Origin: Candidatus Omnitrophota bacterium | GTDB lineage: Bacteria; Ratteibacteria; UBA8468; MWAK01 | DNA: 64,000 nt | Direction: 5' to 3' | NCBI GenBank assembly: GCA_043826355.1 | Contig: JBDRQI010000002.1 | Location: 1-64,000, forward strand | Shown here: in pieces, positions 38,951 through 48,440 of the stretch | How positions within the stretch are numbered: position 1 is the first letter of the stretch | Layout of the letters: the number at the start of each line of letters is the position of its first letter | The notes under the pieces: generated by a model | The model's database searches: none | Told to the model about the DNA's origin: nothing | Seen by the model: only the letters and a program-made list of their open reading frames with translations | Program-made: the position numbers and the translations under genes

Positions 38951-40363
38951 ATGGCTTACCGAAACTACCGCTTATCCGGGGGACTCACCGAAGATGACCT
39001 GAAGAACATCTACCGGGAAATTCTCCTGGTTCTGAAAAAAATAGGCGTGGAGATAGACCACCCGGCTATACTGGAATTACTTGCCAAACGGAAAGGAATA
39101 GAAGTAAAGGGCAAGCGGGTCCATTATGACAAGAAACTGGTGGAAGATTTTATTCCGCTGATCAAACAACAGAACGCCGAATATTCCTACAACCGGAAAA
39201 ACGGAGAAAAATTCCGCATGCTCCCGCCGTATATGGCACGGTATTACACGGATATTGACACCGGAGAAACCCGCCTGGCCACCCTGAACGACTGCATAGA
39301 GGCGGTTAAATTTTGCGATTCCTACGATATGTACGGACCTTCGCCAATCCATCTGCAGGGCGTATCCGTTCATCTCCGGCAGGTAGCCACCGAAAAAGTA
39401 TGTGTGGAAAACAGCCGGGAGATGGGTGGTTTCTGTGTGGCGGAAAGCGCAAAAGAAGCGGAACTTATGTGCCGGATAGGCCGGGCCTCCGGCCGCAAAC
39501 CCCCTTATTGCGTTATGGAAATACCCATCAGCCCGTTGAGATTGAACCATAACTGCCTGGACATTATCTACCAAAACAGAGACCACAAATATAATCTTTC
39601 CGGCATCTGCCTGGGAGGCGGCGCCGCCCCACTGTCCGGCGCTTCCGGCGCAATCTTCTTCCCCGGTATATTGGTGCAGGGTATGGCAGAAGCGCTTGCC
39701 GCATATATTACGCCAAAACTGATCGACCCGGATGTTTATGGTTACTGCTCCTTCGGCGGATTTATTTTTGACTTGAGAAAAATGCAGGTTTCCAAGCCGT
39801 TCCCGGAATCGGTCTTTCATTCCCTGGCAATCAGACAGGTGATAAAGTACGTGCTTGGAGAGAAATTCGGCGTTAGCTTCTCCTGCAACATAAACAATCT
39901 CGGCGACGTCTTCCGGGTGGCGTTCGGCCTGGGCCTGGGTATTTGCGACGGCGCCACCTCCGTTATGGGAATCGGCGGAGAGAGTTCCGGGGCCGGCGGC
40001 CAGATTGACTATTTCAACCCGGTCATGGCAGTAATTCAGGCCGACATAATCAGGCATTGCGAAAGATTCGCCCGGGGCTTTAAGCTGGAAGAGGAAAAAG
40101 AGATATCCCTGAAAGTGATAGAAGAAGCCGTTTATACCGGGATGCCGAACAGTTTCCTTGACCATCCGACTACCTTGCAGCACCGGGAAATTTACCTGGA
40201 ACCGGAGTTGTTTTTCAAATTTTCCGGGGAAGAACTAAACCGGAAAGCCAGAGAAATCGCCAGAAGAAAGATTGGCGGGCATAATTTTGTTCTGCCTGAA
40301 GACAGACGCGAGGCAGTGGAAGAAGTATATCGCAAAGCGGATAAAATCTTAGGCGGAAATTAA
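38951..40363 (+). CDS. MttB-superfamily (trimethylamine methyltransferase-like) protein, non-pyrrolysine
   Basis: L...DL..I....L.VL..IGV N-terminus, ISPLR, P.SG.SG, AEALA, FL.HPTTL.H; no in-frame TAG. Confidence 0.75.
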   Translation: MAYRNYRLSGGLTEDDLKNIYREILLVLKKIGVEIDHPAILELLAKRKGIEVKGKRVHYDKKLVEDFIPLIKQQNAEYSYNRKNGEKFRMLPPYMARYYTDIDTGETRLATLNDCIEAVKFCDSYDMYGPSPIHLQGVSVHLRQVATEKVCVENSREMGGFCVAESAKEAELMCRIGRASGRKPPYCVMEIPISPLRLNHNCLDIIYQNRDHKYNLSGICLGGGAAPLSGASGAIFFPGILVQGMAEALAAYITPKLIDPDVYGYCSFGGFIFDLRKMQVSKPFPESVFHSLAIRQVIKYVLGEKFGVSFSCNINNLGDVFRVAFGLGLGICDGATSVMGIGGESSGAGGQIDYFNPVMAVIQADIIRHCERFARGFKLEEEKEISLKVIEEAVYTGMPNSFLDHPTTLQHREIYLEPELFFKFSGEELNRKAREIARRKIGGHNFVLPEDRREAVEEVYRKADKILGGN

Positions 40364-40393
40364 TTATTGATCTAAAGATTGAGGATAAAAAGC

Positions 40394-41398
40394 ATGAAAA
40401 AACCAAGAATCGGAATTCTGCTGGACGCAAGCATGAAAAGGTGCATCCTTAACCAAAAGGAGATAGCAAGGTTAAGGAGTTTTGCCTCCTTTCAGTTTGA
40501 GGAGTTTAAAGAATTGGACCAGGACTCTGCCGGAAGACTTATCAAGGGAACCGACGGAATCATTACCGGTTGGGAAACCCCTGTTCTGACAAAGGGGATG
40601 CTGGATTCCGCCCCGAACCTGAAAATCGTCGCCCATTCCGCCGGTTCGGTTAAAGCGATTATCAAAGATGATGAGGTGTGGAAAAGAAGGATAGCCGTTA
40701 CCTCAGCGGCTCCTTCCATCGCCATCGGTGTCGCCGAGTTTACTCTGGGTCTTCTAATCAACGGTTTGAAGAGAGTACAGCCGCTCAGTAAAGCAACCAG
40801 CCGGGGTTTGTGGAAGGAAGTACTCCAGATTGCCCAAATCAGGGAGTTTTACAAGATTAATATCGGAGTTGTAGGAGCTGGCTTTGTCGGAAGGCACCTG
40901 ATTAAACTTTTAAAGAACTTTGATGTCGGGATTCTTCTCTATGACCCCTTTGTAACCAAAGCGGAAGCCGTAAAGTTAGGCGTGGAGAAGACCTCCCTGA
41001 AGAAACTAATGCAGACCTGCGAAGCGGTTTCTTTACATGCTCCGTCTATTCCAACCACTTACCACATGATAAACGAAGAAAACCTCTCCCTGATGAAAGA
41101 AGGTGCTGTCCTGGTCAACACCGCCCGGGGTTCCCTCATTGACGAAAAAGCCCTGGTTAAGGTCCTGCGCACCGGAAAAATCTTTGTCCTGCTTGACGTT
41201 ACTGACCCGGAGCCGCCGGAAGAAAAAAGTCTCTTGCGTACCCTTGAAAACGTAGTCTTAACCCCGCACATAGCCGGCGCGGTTGCAGACAATTGCTTCC
41301 GCCAGGGCAACTACGCGGTTACCGAACTGGAACGCTTCTTTTCCGGAAAGAAACCGCTCTATCCGGTGACAAAAGAGATGCTGGCAAGAATTGCCTGA
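40394..41398 (+). CDS. D-2-hydroxyacid dehydrogenase family
   Basis: HSAGSVK, GAGFVG, SLHAP, NTARG, DVTDPEP, TPHIAG. Confidence 0.92.
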   Translation: MKKPRIGILLDASMKRCILNQKEIARLRSFASFQFEEFKELDQDSAGRLIKGTDGIITGWETPVLTKGMLDSAPNLKIVAHSAGSVKAIIKDDEVWKRRIAVTSAAPSIAIGVAEFTLGLLINGLKRVQPLSKATSRGLWKEVLQIAQIREFYKINIGVVGAGFVGRHLIKLLKNFDVGILLYDPFVTKAEAVKLGVEKTSLKKLMQTCEAVSLHAPSIPTTYHMINEENLSLMKEGAVLVNTARGSLIDEKALVKVLRTGKIFVLLDVTDPEPPEEKSLLRTLENVVLTPHIAGAVADNCFRQGNYAVTELERFFSGKKPLYPVTKEMLARIA

Positions 41399-41613
41399 AA
41401 TGATTAGCGGAAGCGTATTTGCTAATGGTAAAATTTAATAAAGCAGGAATTGCATCGATTGGGTATTAGAAGATAGGACCCAATGCGGGTTAAGGGCTGA
41501 AGAAGTACTGACGACGAATGTCCTGGATGGGCATTCCAATACCGAACTATAGCTATGGAAGTTTTCTGATGGCTCCCCGTTCCTTGTGGAAAAAGCAGTC
41601 AGAGAGGAGTGAG

Positions 41614-42366
41614 ATGAAAATAACATTTATTGGTGTTTCGTCCTGTATTCCCGATGTTGGTTCGGAGACAAGTTCTTTTCTTATTGATGCCAAAATTTTA
41701 GTGGACACCGGTTGGTGCGGCGTTCTCAAGATGAGGGAATACAACCTTGACCCGTTAGACCTAGAATATCTTATTTTGACTCATTTCCATCAGGACCACT
41801 ATCTTGGATTACCTCAATTACTCTTCTATCTTGGAATTAAAAAATTAAACGGCGCGTATTTTCCCCGAAAACCCTTTACCATTATCGGACCTTCAAAACA
41901 TCTCAACGAAGTGGTAACCAAAGCGCAGGAATTTATGCAGATAAAGGAGTTCCCGGAACTTTCTCTTGATCTGAAGCTCGTTTCCCTTTCCCCGGGACAA
42001 AGCTATGTAAACAGAAAATTCCGCCTTGACACCTTTCCGGCAAGACACCTGTCCGGTAAAAACATTCCTGAAGAGGCGTTTATCTGCAAATTTACCGAGA
42101 TTGGCACCAATAAATTCTTTACCTTTACCGGGGACACTTCTTTTTATCCGCCCCTCGTTGATTTTGCAAAAGAAAGTCTTCTGTTTATCCATGATGCCTG
42201 CCACAGTTCGCCGAAAGAAGCGGCAACTATAGCCAAAATGGCAAGGGTAAAAAAACTTTATCTAATTCATTACCCAAGAAACAGAAAAAAGGAAATCATC
42301 ACTAAGGCACGAAAGATTTTTCCCAAATCATTTTTGGCCAGAGAAGGGGGGATTTCAGAGATATGA
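41614..42366 (+). CDS. MBL-fold hydrolase, RNase Z-like
   Basis: LVDTG, THFHQDH, TGDT, HDA, LIHY. Confidence 0.85.
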   Translation: MKITFIGVSSCIPDVGSETSSFLIDAKILVDTGWCGVLKMREYNLDPLDLEYLILTHFHQDHYLGLPQLLFYLGIKKLNGAYFPRKPFTIIGPSKHLNEVVTKAQEFMQIKEFPELSLDLKLVSLSPGQSYVNRKFRLDTFPARHLSGKNIPEEAFICKFTEIGTNKFFTFTGDTSFYPPLVDFAKESLLFIHDACHSSPKEAATIAKMARVKKLYLIHYPRNRKKEIITKARKIFPKSFLAREGGISEI

Positions 42367-43103
42367 TCAGGATAAAGATTTTGGGTTCCGCCTCAGGCAT
42401 ACCGACAAAAACCAGGTTTAATACTTCAATTTCCCTTGTTGTTGGAGGAGACATATATTTATTTGATGCCGGCGAGCCTGTAAGCGGGCTTCTAATTAGA
42501 AATAACCTTGATTGGAACAAGATTAGGGCCATTTTCATTTCACATCTTCACACCGACCATTTTTCCGGCATTTTCCAGTTGCTTCAGTCCATGCAGCTAA
42601 CCCTTAGAAAAAATCCGCTGTATCTTTTTATGCCTGCAAAAGGAATTGAATCTGTGGAAAAATTTCTAAAACTCTTTGCGATAGGACCGGAACACCTTCC
42701 TTTTAAATTGAATCTTCTTCCGGTACAGAAAGGTTTTAAAGATAAAAACCTTAGAATTTCTGCTTTTCCCACAACTCATTTCATCAGCACGCATCTTTCC
42801 GAAAGCTGGGGTTTTAAGATTGAGGGTAAAAAAAAGAAGATCCTGTATTCTGGAGATATTGGAAGTTTCAACGACCTAAATGACCATCTTGATAATTTAA
42901 ACCTTCTTATTTTGGAGTTCGCGCACTTTAAACCGGAAGAAGCTTTCTCCTTTTTCTCTTCCAGGGGCAGAAAAATAAAAAAGATAGTTATTACGCATAT
43001 CCATCCGGATCTGGATAAAACTGGAAAAGAAATATTGACTCCTAATGCCTCTTTGAACAAGAGGATTTTGGCCGGATACGATGGCATGGAGATAGACATT
43101 TAG
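42363..43103 (+). CDS. MBL-fold hydrolase, RNase Z-like
   Basis: LGSASG.P, FDAGE, SHLHTDH, YSGD, ITH; ATGA overlap with the previous gene. Confidence 0.85.
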   Translation: MIRIKILGSASGIPTKTRFNTSISLVVGGDIYLFDAGEPVSGLLIRNNLDWNKIRAIFISHLHTDHFSGIFQLLQSMQLTLRKNPLYLFMPAKGIESVEKFLKLFAIGPEHLPFKLNLLPVQKGFKDKNLRISAFPTTHFISTHLSESWGFKIEGKKKKILYSGDIGSFNDLNDHLDNLNLLILEFAHFKPEEAFSFFSSRGRKIKKIVITHIHPDLDKTGKEILTPNASLNKRILAGYDGMEIDI

Positions 43104-43441
43104 CGCGTGTCTGGGCTTGGAAAAAGATTGAAGGAGAGTTGATGCATGCTTCAAAAGCCCGTTTAATGCTAACGGAGAAATAACACAGTGAATTCCCTCA
43201 AAACCGGGGGGCTGGTTCCTTTCACCGGAATCAGTGGCTTCTTTGAGTGGAATACGCATCGAGTCCCGTTATTCGTCATTAAGTTGAGCTTGCAGGAAAA
43301 TCCTAATTTGTGCTAAAGTTAAGCACGGGGTAATAGTAATTCAACTGCCCATTTTCCCGAGGATTTATTCCGTAAAATGCTGGTGAATCCGCTGTTCTTT
43401 TTGCCTATTTTTACCGTGTATTTTTTCTAATTGGAGGTGGA

Positions 43442-44209
43442 ATGAAAATAGCTTGCAGTTCCTGGTCTTTTCACCGCACGATTGAAGCAGGGAAATTGGA
43501 CCAGTTGTCCTGGGTTGAGAAGTGTGCCAAAGAATTGGAACTGGACGGCGTGGAACTTCTGGACGTTCATTTTCCAGAAACGGGGAAGGATTATCTCAGG
43601 AGATTGAAAAAGAGAATCACGGATTTAGGGCTTACCGTTGCGGCAGTCAGCGCCAGCAACCACTTTACCACCCCGGATGACGCTAAACTTTGCCAGGAGG
43701 CGGCAAAAGTAAAGCAGTGGGCCGACGTTGCCGCCTACCTGGGCGCGCCGGTCCTGCGCTGTTTTGCCGGAAGCGGTCAGGAATTGGCTGATCCGGCTAT
43801 TTTCAAACGCACCGCGGCTGCTTTAAGGGAATGCGCGGATTATTGCCGGGATAATCACGGTATCGTTCTGGCAATGGAGAATCACGGCGGGACTTCTGCA
43901 GAACAGATTATGGGATTAGTCAAAGCAGTGGACAGCGATTGGTTTCGTTTGACCCTGGATACCGGCAACTTTTCCCAAGACCCTTATGGTTCCATCCGTA
44001 AAGCCGCCCCCCTGGCGGTTTTTGTCCACGCCAAGACTTATGATATTGACGAGCTCGGGAACGAGAAACGGCTGGACTATGACCGGATACTTCAGATTTT
44101 CCGCGAAGTTTCATACCGGGGCTTCATTTCACTTGAATATGAAGGCGAGTCGGATGAAGAGTTGATGATACCTAAATCCGTCGTTCTTCTTAAGCGTCTT
44201 AACGCCTAA
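43442..44209 (+). CDS. Sugar-phosphate isomerase/epimerase
   Basis: SWSF, DGVE, ENHGG, LDTGNF, HAK, SLEYEG. Confidence 0.88.
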   Translation: MKIACSSWSFHRTIEAGKLDQLSWVEKCAKELELDGVELLDVHFPETGKDYLRRLKKRITDLGLTVAAVSASNHFTTPDDAKLCQEAAKVKQWADVAAYLGAPVLRCFAGSGQELADPAIFKRTAAALRECADYCRDNHGIVLAMENHGGTSAEQIMGLVKAVDSDWFRLTLDTGNFSQDPYGSIRKAAPLAVFVHAKTYDIDELGNEKRLDYDRILQIFREVSYRGFISLEYEGESDEELMIPKSVVLLKRLNA

Positions 44210-44232
44210 ATTTTACCGGAGGAGAGAAAGGG

Positions 44233-45297
44233 ATGGCAAAAAAAATAAGAGTGGGAATAATCGGCGCCGGCGGTATCGCTCAAGCGGGGCATATCCCCAG
44301 TTTTCAGAAAGTACCGGACGTGGAGATGGCGGCAATTTGTGACCCGAACATTGCCAAGGCGGATGTGGTAGCCCAAAAATTCGGCATTCCGAAAACCTTT
44401 GCCGACTATAGGAAGATGCTGTTGCAAAAAGATATTAACGTTATAAGCGTTTGTTCGCCCAACTATTTTCACAAAGAACAGGCAATAGCCGCCCTCTTAA
44501 GCGGCCGGGATGTTCTCTGCGAAAAACCGGTTTCCATGAACAGCACGGAAACAAAGGAGATTTTAAAGGCGGTTTCCCAAACCGGCCGGAAATTCATGGT
44601 CGCTTTTCCGCACCGCTTTTCCACGGTCTCCACCTTTCTTAAAAAACTCATTTCCGAAGGTGAATTCGGTCAGGTTTATTACGCCCGGGCAAATTGTCTG
44701 AGACGTCGCGGCATCCCCGGTTTGGGCGGCTGGTTTACCACCAAAAAACTATCCGGCGGCGGTCCTTTGATTGACATAGGCGTCCACATCCTGGACAAAA
44801 CCTACTGGCTGATGGGTGCGCCCAAGCCGGTTTCGGTTACCGGCGTTACCTTTCAAAAATTCAAGGAGGTGGCTACCGACGGCGGCTGGCCTTCTTTGGA
44901 AACCCGGCATCCCGGCGACAAATACGGCGGCACCTTTGAAGTGGAAGATTTGGCGGCCGCTTTCATCCGGTTTGATAACGGCGCCGCCCTTGTTCTGGAG
45001 GCATCCTGGTCCGGCAATTCGGAGACAGTGATGACCTACAGTCTCTTTGGCGAAAAGGCAGGCGCCAGAGAGGACGCTTCCGGCCTTACGATTTTCGGTG
45101 AGAAAGCCGGGGTTCTAATCGATACGACCCCTTCTTTGCCGCTGGTCAATGTTTACGACGAAGAGATAAAAGATTTTGTTTCCTGCGTCCGGGAAGACCG
45201 GCCGCCCATCACCACCCCGGCGCAGATTCTGGCTGTAAGCCAGATATTGGAAGGAGTGTATAAATCGGCGGAAACCGGTAAAGAAGTCAAATTGTAA
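44233..45297 (+). CDS. Gfo/Idh/MocA oxidoreductase
   Basis: IIGAGGI, CEKP, GGGPLIDIGVH. Confidence 0.92.
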   Translation: MAKKIRVGIIGAGGIAQAGHIPSFQKVPDVEMAAICDPNIAKADVVAQKFGIPKTFADYRKMLLQKDINVISVCSPNYFHKEQAIAALLSGRDVLCEKPVSMNSTETKEILKAVSQTGRKFMVAFPHRFSTVSTFLKKLISEGEFGQVYYARANCLRRRGIPGLGGWFTTKKLSGGGPLIDIGVHILDKTYWLMGAPKPVSVTGVTFQKFKEVATDGGWPSLETRHPGDKYGGTFEVEDLAAAFIRFDNGAALVLEASWSGNSETVMTYSLFGEKAGAREDASGLTIFGEKAGVLIDTTPSLPLVNVYDEEIKDFVSCVREDRPPITTPAQILAVSQILEGVYKSAETGKEVKL

Positions 45298-45314
45298 GAG
45301 AAGCGGTTAAAATT

Positions 45315-46475
45315 ATGGCAAAAACGGATAAACACCGGGTGGCGGTTGTAGGCTGTGGCGCTTTGGCGCAGGGTGTACACCTGCCCAACATTCAACGTAA
45401 TCCGCGTTTACAGCTTATTGTTGCTTGTGACCGTGACCAGAGAGTTGCGGAGATGTGCCGCGCAAAGTTTGGGGCGCAACGGGTTGAAACAGACTGGCAT
45501 AAAGTAGTTGATGCCTCGGACGTTGACCTGGTCGTGCTTGCTACTCACATAAATCTGCGCGGTGAACTGATTATTCCGGCGTTGAAAGCCGGGAAACCTG
45601 TTTATACCGAAAAACCCCTGAGTCCGGACGACCGGGAAATGCGGGAAATCGTAAAGACCTTTCGGGAGACCGGCGTTTCCGTCTGCGTCGGTCATAACCG
45701 CCGTTCCAGCCCGGCGATGCTTGAATTTCGGCGGATACTGGAGAAAGCCCGGTCAGGCATATCGGCAACCAGGCCCTGTGTGGACCGTAGTTTAAACCGG
45801 AAATCAACGAATTCCAAAGAAGCCTGCACCCAGATTCTGATGCGCATTAATGACGATGACCGAAGTTGGAAAGATTGGGCTTTCCGGGATGCTCAGGGAA
45901 TTATGTTTGCCGAGATGGTTCATTTTATCGACCTGGCTCTCTGGTTTAATGAGGGCTATCCGGTCCGTCTCTTTGCGGAAGGGTCGCCCCACGGAAATTT
46001 CACGTTGATCTTAAAATTTAATGATGGTTCGATAACAACAATGCAGCACACCAGTATAGGCAACTTTGATTACCCGAAAGAGCTTTTTGAAGTTACGACA
46101 CACTATATCACCGTTGCGATGGACCAGTATATTGAAGTTCGCCAGATGGGGATTGCGGATGAACCGGTGCTGCAGACATTCCCTTACGCGGAAGATTGCG
46201 GATGGGCCGGAAAAGAGGGTATGACCGGGTATATGTTTTCGTTAACTGAGGAACGAAAACGGGCTTTAGCTGAAGGACGGCTGCCGCGCTGGATTAACGT
46301 AAACAAGGGGCACTATCAGCACATGAATCTTTTTCTTGATTGCATTGAAGGTAAAGGTCCCAATCCCTGCGGCGTGGAAAGCGCGGTCCCGGTAAACCGG
46401 CTGGCGATGAAATTTCTGGAATCGGCGGCGTCCGGCCTGCCTGTTGCTCTCGGCCCGGAAATTCTGGAAGTATAG
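45315..46475 (+). CDS. Gfo/Idh/MocA oxidoreductase
   Basis: VVGCG, EKP, GHNRR, HFID. Confidence 0.88.
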   Translation: MAKTDKHRVAVVGCGALAQGVHLPNIQRNPRLQLIVACDRDQRVAEMCRAKFGAQRVETDWHKVVDASDVDLVVLATHINLRGELIIPALKAGKPVYTEKPLSPDDREMREIVKTFRETGVSVCVGHNRRSSPAMLEFRRILEKARSGISATRPCVDRSLNRKSTNSKEACTQILMRINDDDRSWKDWAFRDAQGIMFAEMVHFIDLALWFNEGYPVRLFAEGSPHGNFTLILKFNDGSITTMQHTSIGNFDYPKELFEVTTHYITVAMDQYIEVRQMGIADEPVLQTFPYAEDCGWAGKEGMTGYMFSLTEERKRALAEGRLPRWINVNKGHYQHMNLFLDCIEGKGPNPCGVESAVPVNRLAMKFLESAASGLPVALGPEILEV

Positions 46476-46511
46476 GAATGACATGGGTTGCCAAAAAAAT
46501 AAAATTGCCCC

Positions 46512-47717
46512 CTAAGCCCGGGAAACCCGGTTTCGGCCTTCTTTTTTAGACCGGTAAAGAGCGTCGTCAACTTTTTTAAGCAATTTTTCCCGGTCGCCGG
46601 CATCGGCCGGAAAAGCGGCAACACCGATGGAAACGCTCAGATTTTTATCGGGTTGCTTCTTGTCGTCGGGAAGTCGGTGCACCTCCATTTCCCGGCGTAT
46701 CTTTTCCGCCTTTACAAATGCGGCTTCTTTATCCGTTTCCGTTAGTATTACGCAGAATTCGTCCCCGCCGTACCGGGCGGCAATATCGGTAGTCCTGATA
46801 TTTCCCCGGATTATTTTGGCGGCGGAGGCCAGGAGCGCATCCCCGGCCTGGTGACCGTAGGTGTCGTTGTAACCTTTAAAGAAATCAACGTCAATCATTA
46901 AAAGAGAAAGGGAATGTTTATACCGGTTGCTCCGGTTTAGTTCCTCGTAAAGTAATTTTTGGAAATGACGGTGGTTGTAAAGCCCGGTCAAGCCGTCGGT
47001 CAGGGACAGAAATTCCACCTCCTTGTATAGCCGGGCATTTTCCAGGGCGATGCCGACCTGATTGGTGAAAAAGGAGAGGGTTTTAATTTCACCTTCGTTG
47101 TGGAAATTTTTCCCGTCGGTTTCCAACAGGAAGACGCCCAGGGTGTTTTGGGCGACCGCCACCGGAATCGCCAGAAAAGCAGACAGGCGCGCCCTGTTTA
47201 TAAAATCCCGGTCGCAGCGGTAATCGTTCCGGGCGTTCAGGGTTTCAAAACTCTGCTGGGTTAACGCCACTTTTGGAATGATCCCGAACGCTTCGTGGAG
47301 CGGGAAGGAAAACCCCCTGATTTCGGATAGTTCCATTCCAAAAGCGGCCCGGCCTTCTATCGTTTTCTTCCCTCCTTCTTCTTTAACCCAGAAGAGCAGG
47401 ATTCTTTTGGATGAAGGCAGGATTTCTTTCAGGGCGAGCAGAATTATCTCCAGCGTATCTTCGGATTCGGTGGCAAGCGCAAAGGACTGGGCAACTTCAT
47501 TAGCCGACAGCAGCCCCTCGTATAAATTCTGGGAATTCACCAATTTAATTTTTTGTTGTTTGTCTATGAAGAAGAGCAGTCCGGTGAGTAAAATGATTGG
47601 TGCGGCAACAATTGCCAGGCCTGATTTTAGAGCGTAAAAGATGGAAAAAATAGAGAGAACTATAGAGAGGATGATAATTGGGTAATCGATAATCACATTC
47701 TTAACCCGTCTCTTCAT
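46512..47717 (-). CDS. Membrane-anchored GAF-GGDEF diguanylate cyclase
   Basis: Two N-terminal TM segments; GAF ending IALENARLY; DGLTGL.N, D.D.FK..ND.YGH..GD, RYGGDEF. Confidence 0.93.
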   Translation of the reverse strand: MKRRVKNVIIDYPIIILSIVLSIFSIFYALKSGLAIVAAPIILLTGLLFFIDKQQKIKLVNSQNLYEGLLSANEVAQSFALATESEDTLEIILLALKEILPSSKRILLFWVKEEGGKKTIEGRAAFGMELSEIRGFSFPLHEAFGIIPKVALTQQSFETLNARNDYRCDRDFINRARLSAFLAIPVAVAQNTLGVFLLETDGKNFHNEGEIKTLSFFTNQVGIALENARLYKEVEFLSLTDGLTGLYNHRHFQKLLYEELNRSNRYKHSLSLLMIDVDFFKGYNDTYGHQAGDALLASAAKIIRGNIRTTDIAARYGGDEFCVILTETDKEAAFVKAEKIRREMEVHRLPDDKKQPDKNLSVSIGVAAFPADAGDREKLLKKVDDALYRSKKEGRNRVSRA

Positions 47718-48153
47718 TGTGTTAATTATAACAGGATTAATTTAAAAGCGCCGAAAATTCAGGGCGTTGGTTTATAATTCAATTGGCCGGCTGACTTATG
47801 GTCAAGATGGAGATGTGTGTTTTCGTGGAGACGAAAAAAAGAAGCGGGTAACCGGGAGTCGCGGAAAATGGTGGTGTGCATCGATAATTATAAACTTTTG
47901 TTTTCCGTCGGATAAATATCCGGCGTTCCTTTTGTCAACTGTTATGCAAATATTATAATATCTTCCGGAACATTCGTCAAAAAGTTGCATCGAAAGATAA
48001 GTTGATAAAGAAGACACGAAACTGTGTTATAATTATCTCTAAGAGAGGGAGGGTTAGGGCGGGTCTTTTTACCGGGGGCATAACTTCAAAATATCCCTTG
48101 CCCGGCCGTATCCAATTTGTTAAGCAAAATAGTAATGTATCCAGAGGTTATCA

Positions 48154-48342
48154 ATGAGTAATAATTTCAACACTCTGTCGATGAGACCGTATCAATTAAT
48201 GTGTATTGTGTGCAGGATTGGCGCCGGCATTGAACGCGGACCGGAATGGAGGGTTTGCGGAGGAAAAGAGGGCGGCCCGGACTATCTAAAAGCAAGAAAA
48301 AAAAGATTGAATATAAGGAGACACGTTGTCCGTTACACTTAA
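48154..48342 (+). pseudogene. Short Cys-containing ORF, probably an internally deleted gene remnant
   Basis: RBS GAGG; RPYQLMCIVC start reminiscent of DUF1284-type metal motifs, abruptly joined to W.VCGG...Y.KAR; only 62 aa. Confidence 0.35.
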
Positions 48343-48440
48343 TTTAATAAAACGGGTGCGCCATCCATAAGGGTAAATTCCTCCTGAAACTCTTTCCGGA
48401 GGGTGTTTTTATTGATAAACCGGTTGAAAAACTCTGATTT

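Noticed and set aside
39077..40183. 368-aa antisense ORF, and similar long shadow ORFs (566-1210, 5306-5956, 50631-51431)
   Set aside because: They lie opposite well-supported genes and have no family motifs, as expected for codon-bias shadows
38951..40363. Pyrrolysine or selenocysteine recoding in the MttB-like gene or C1 genes
   Set aside because: The ORFs are full length with no in-frame TAG or TGA
43191..43253. Nested hairpin after the MBL pair
   Set aside because: Single copy in the window and not assignable; probably a terminator or repeat remnant
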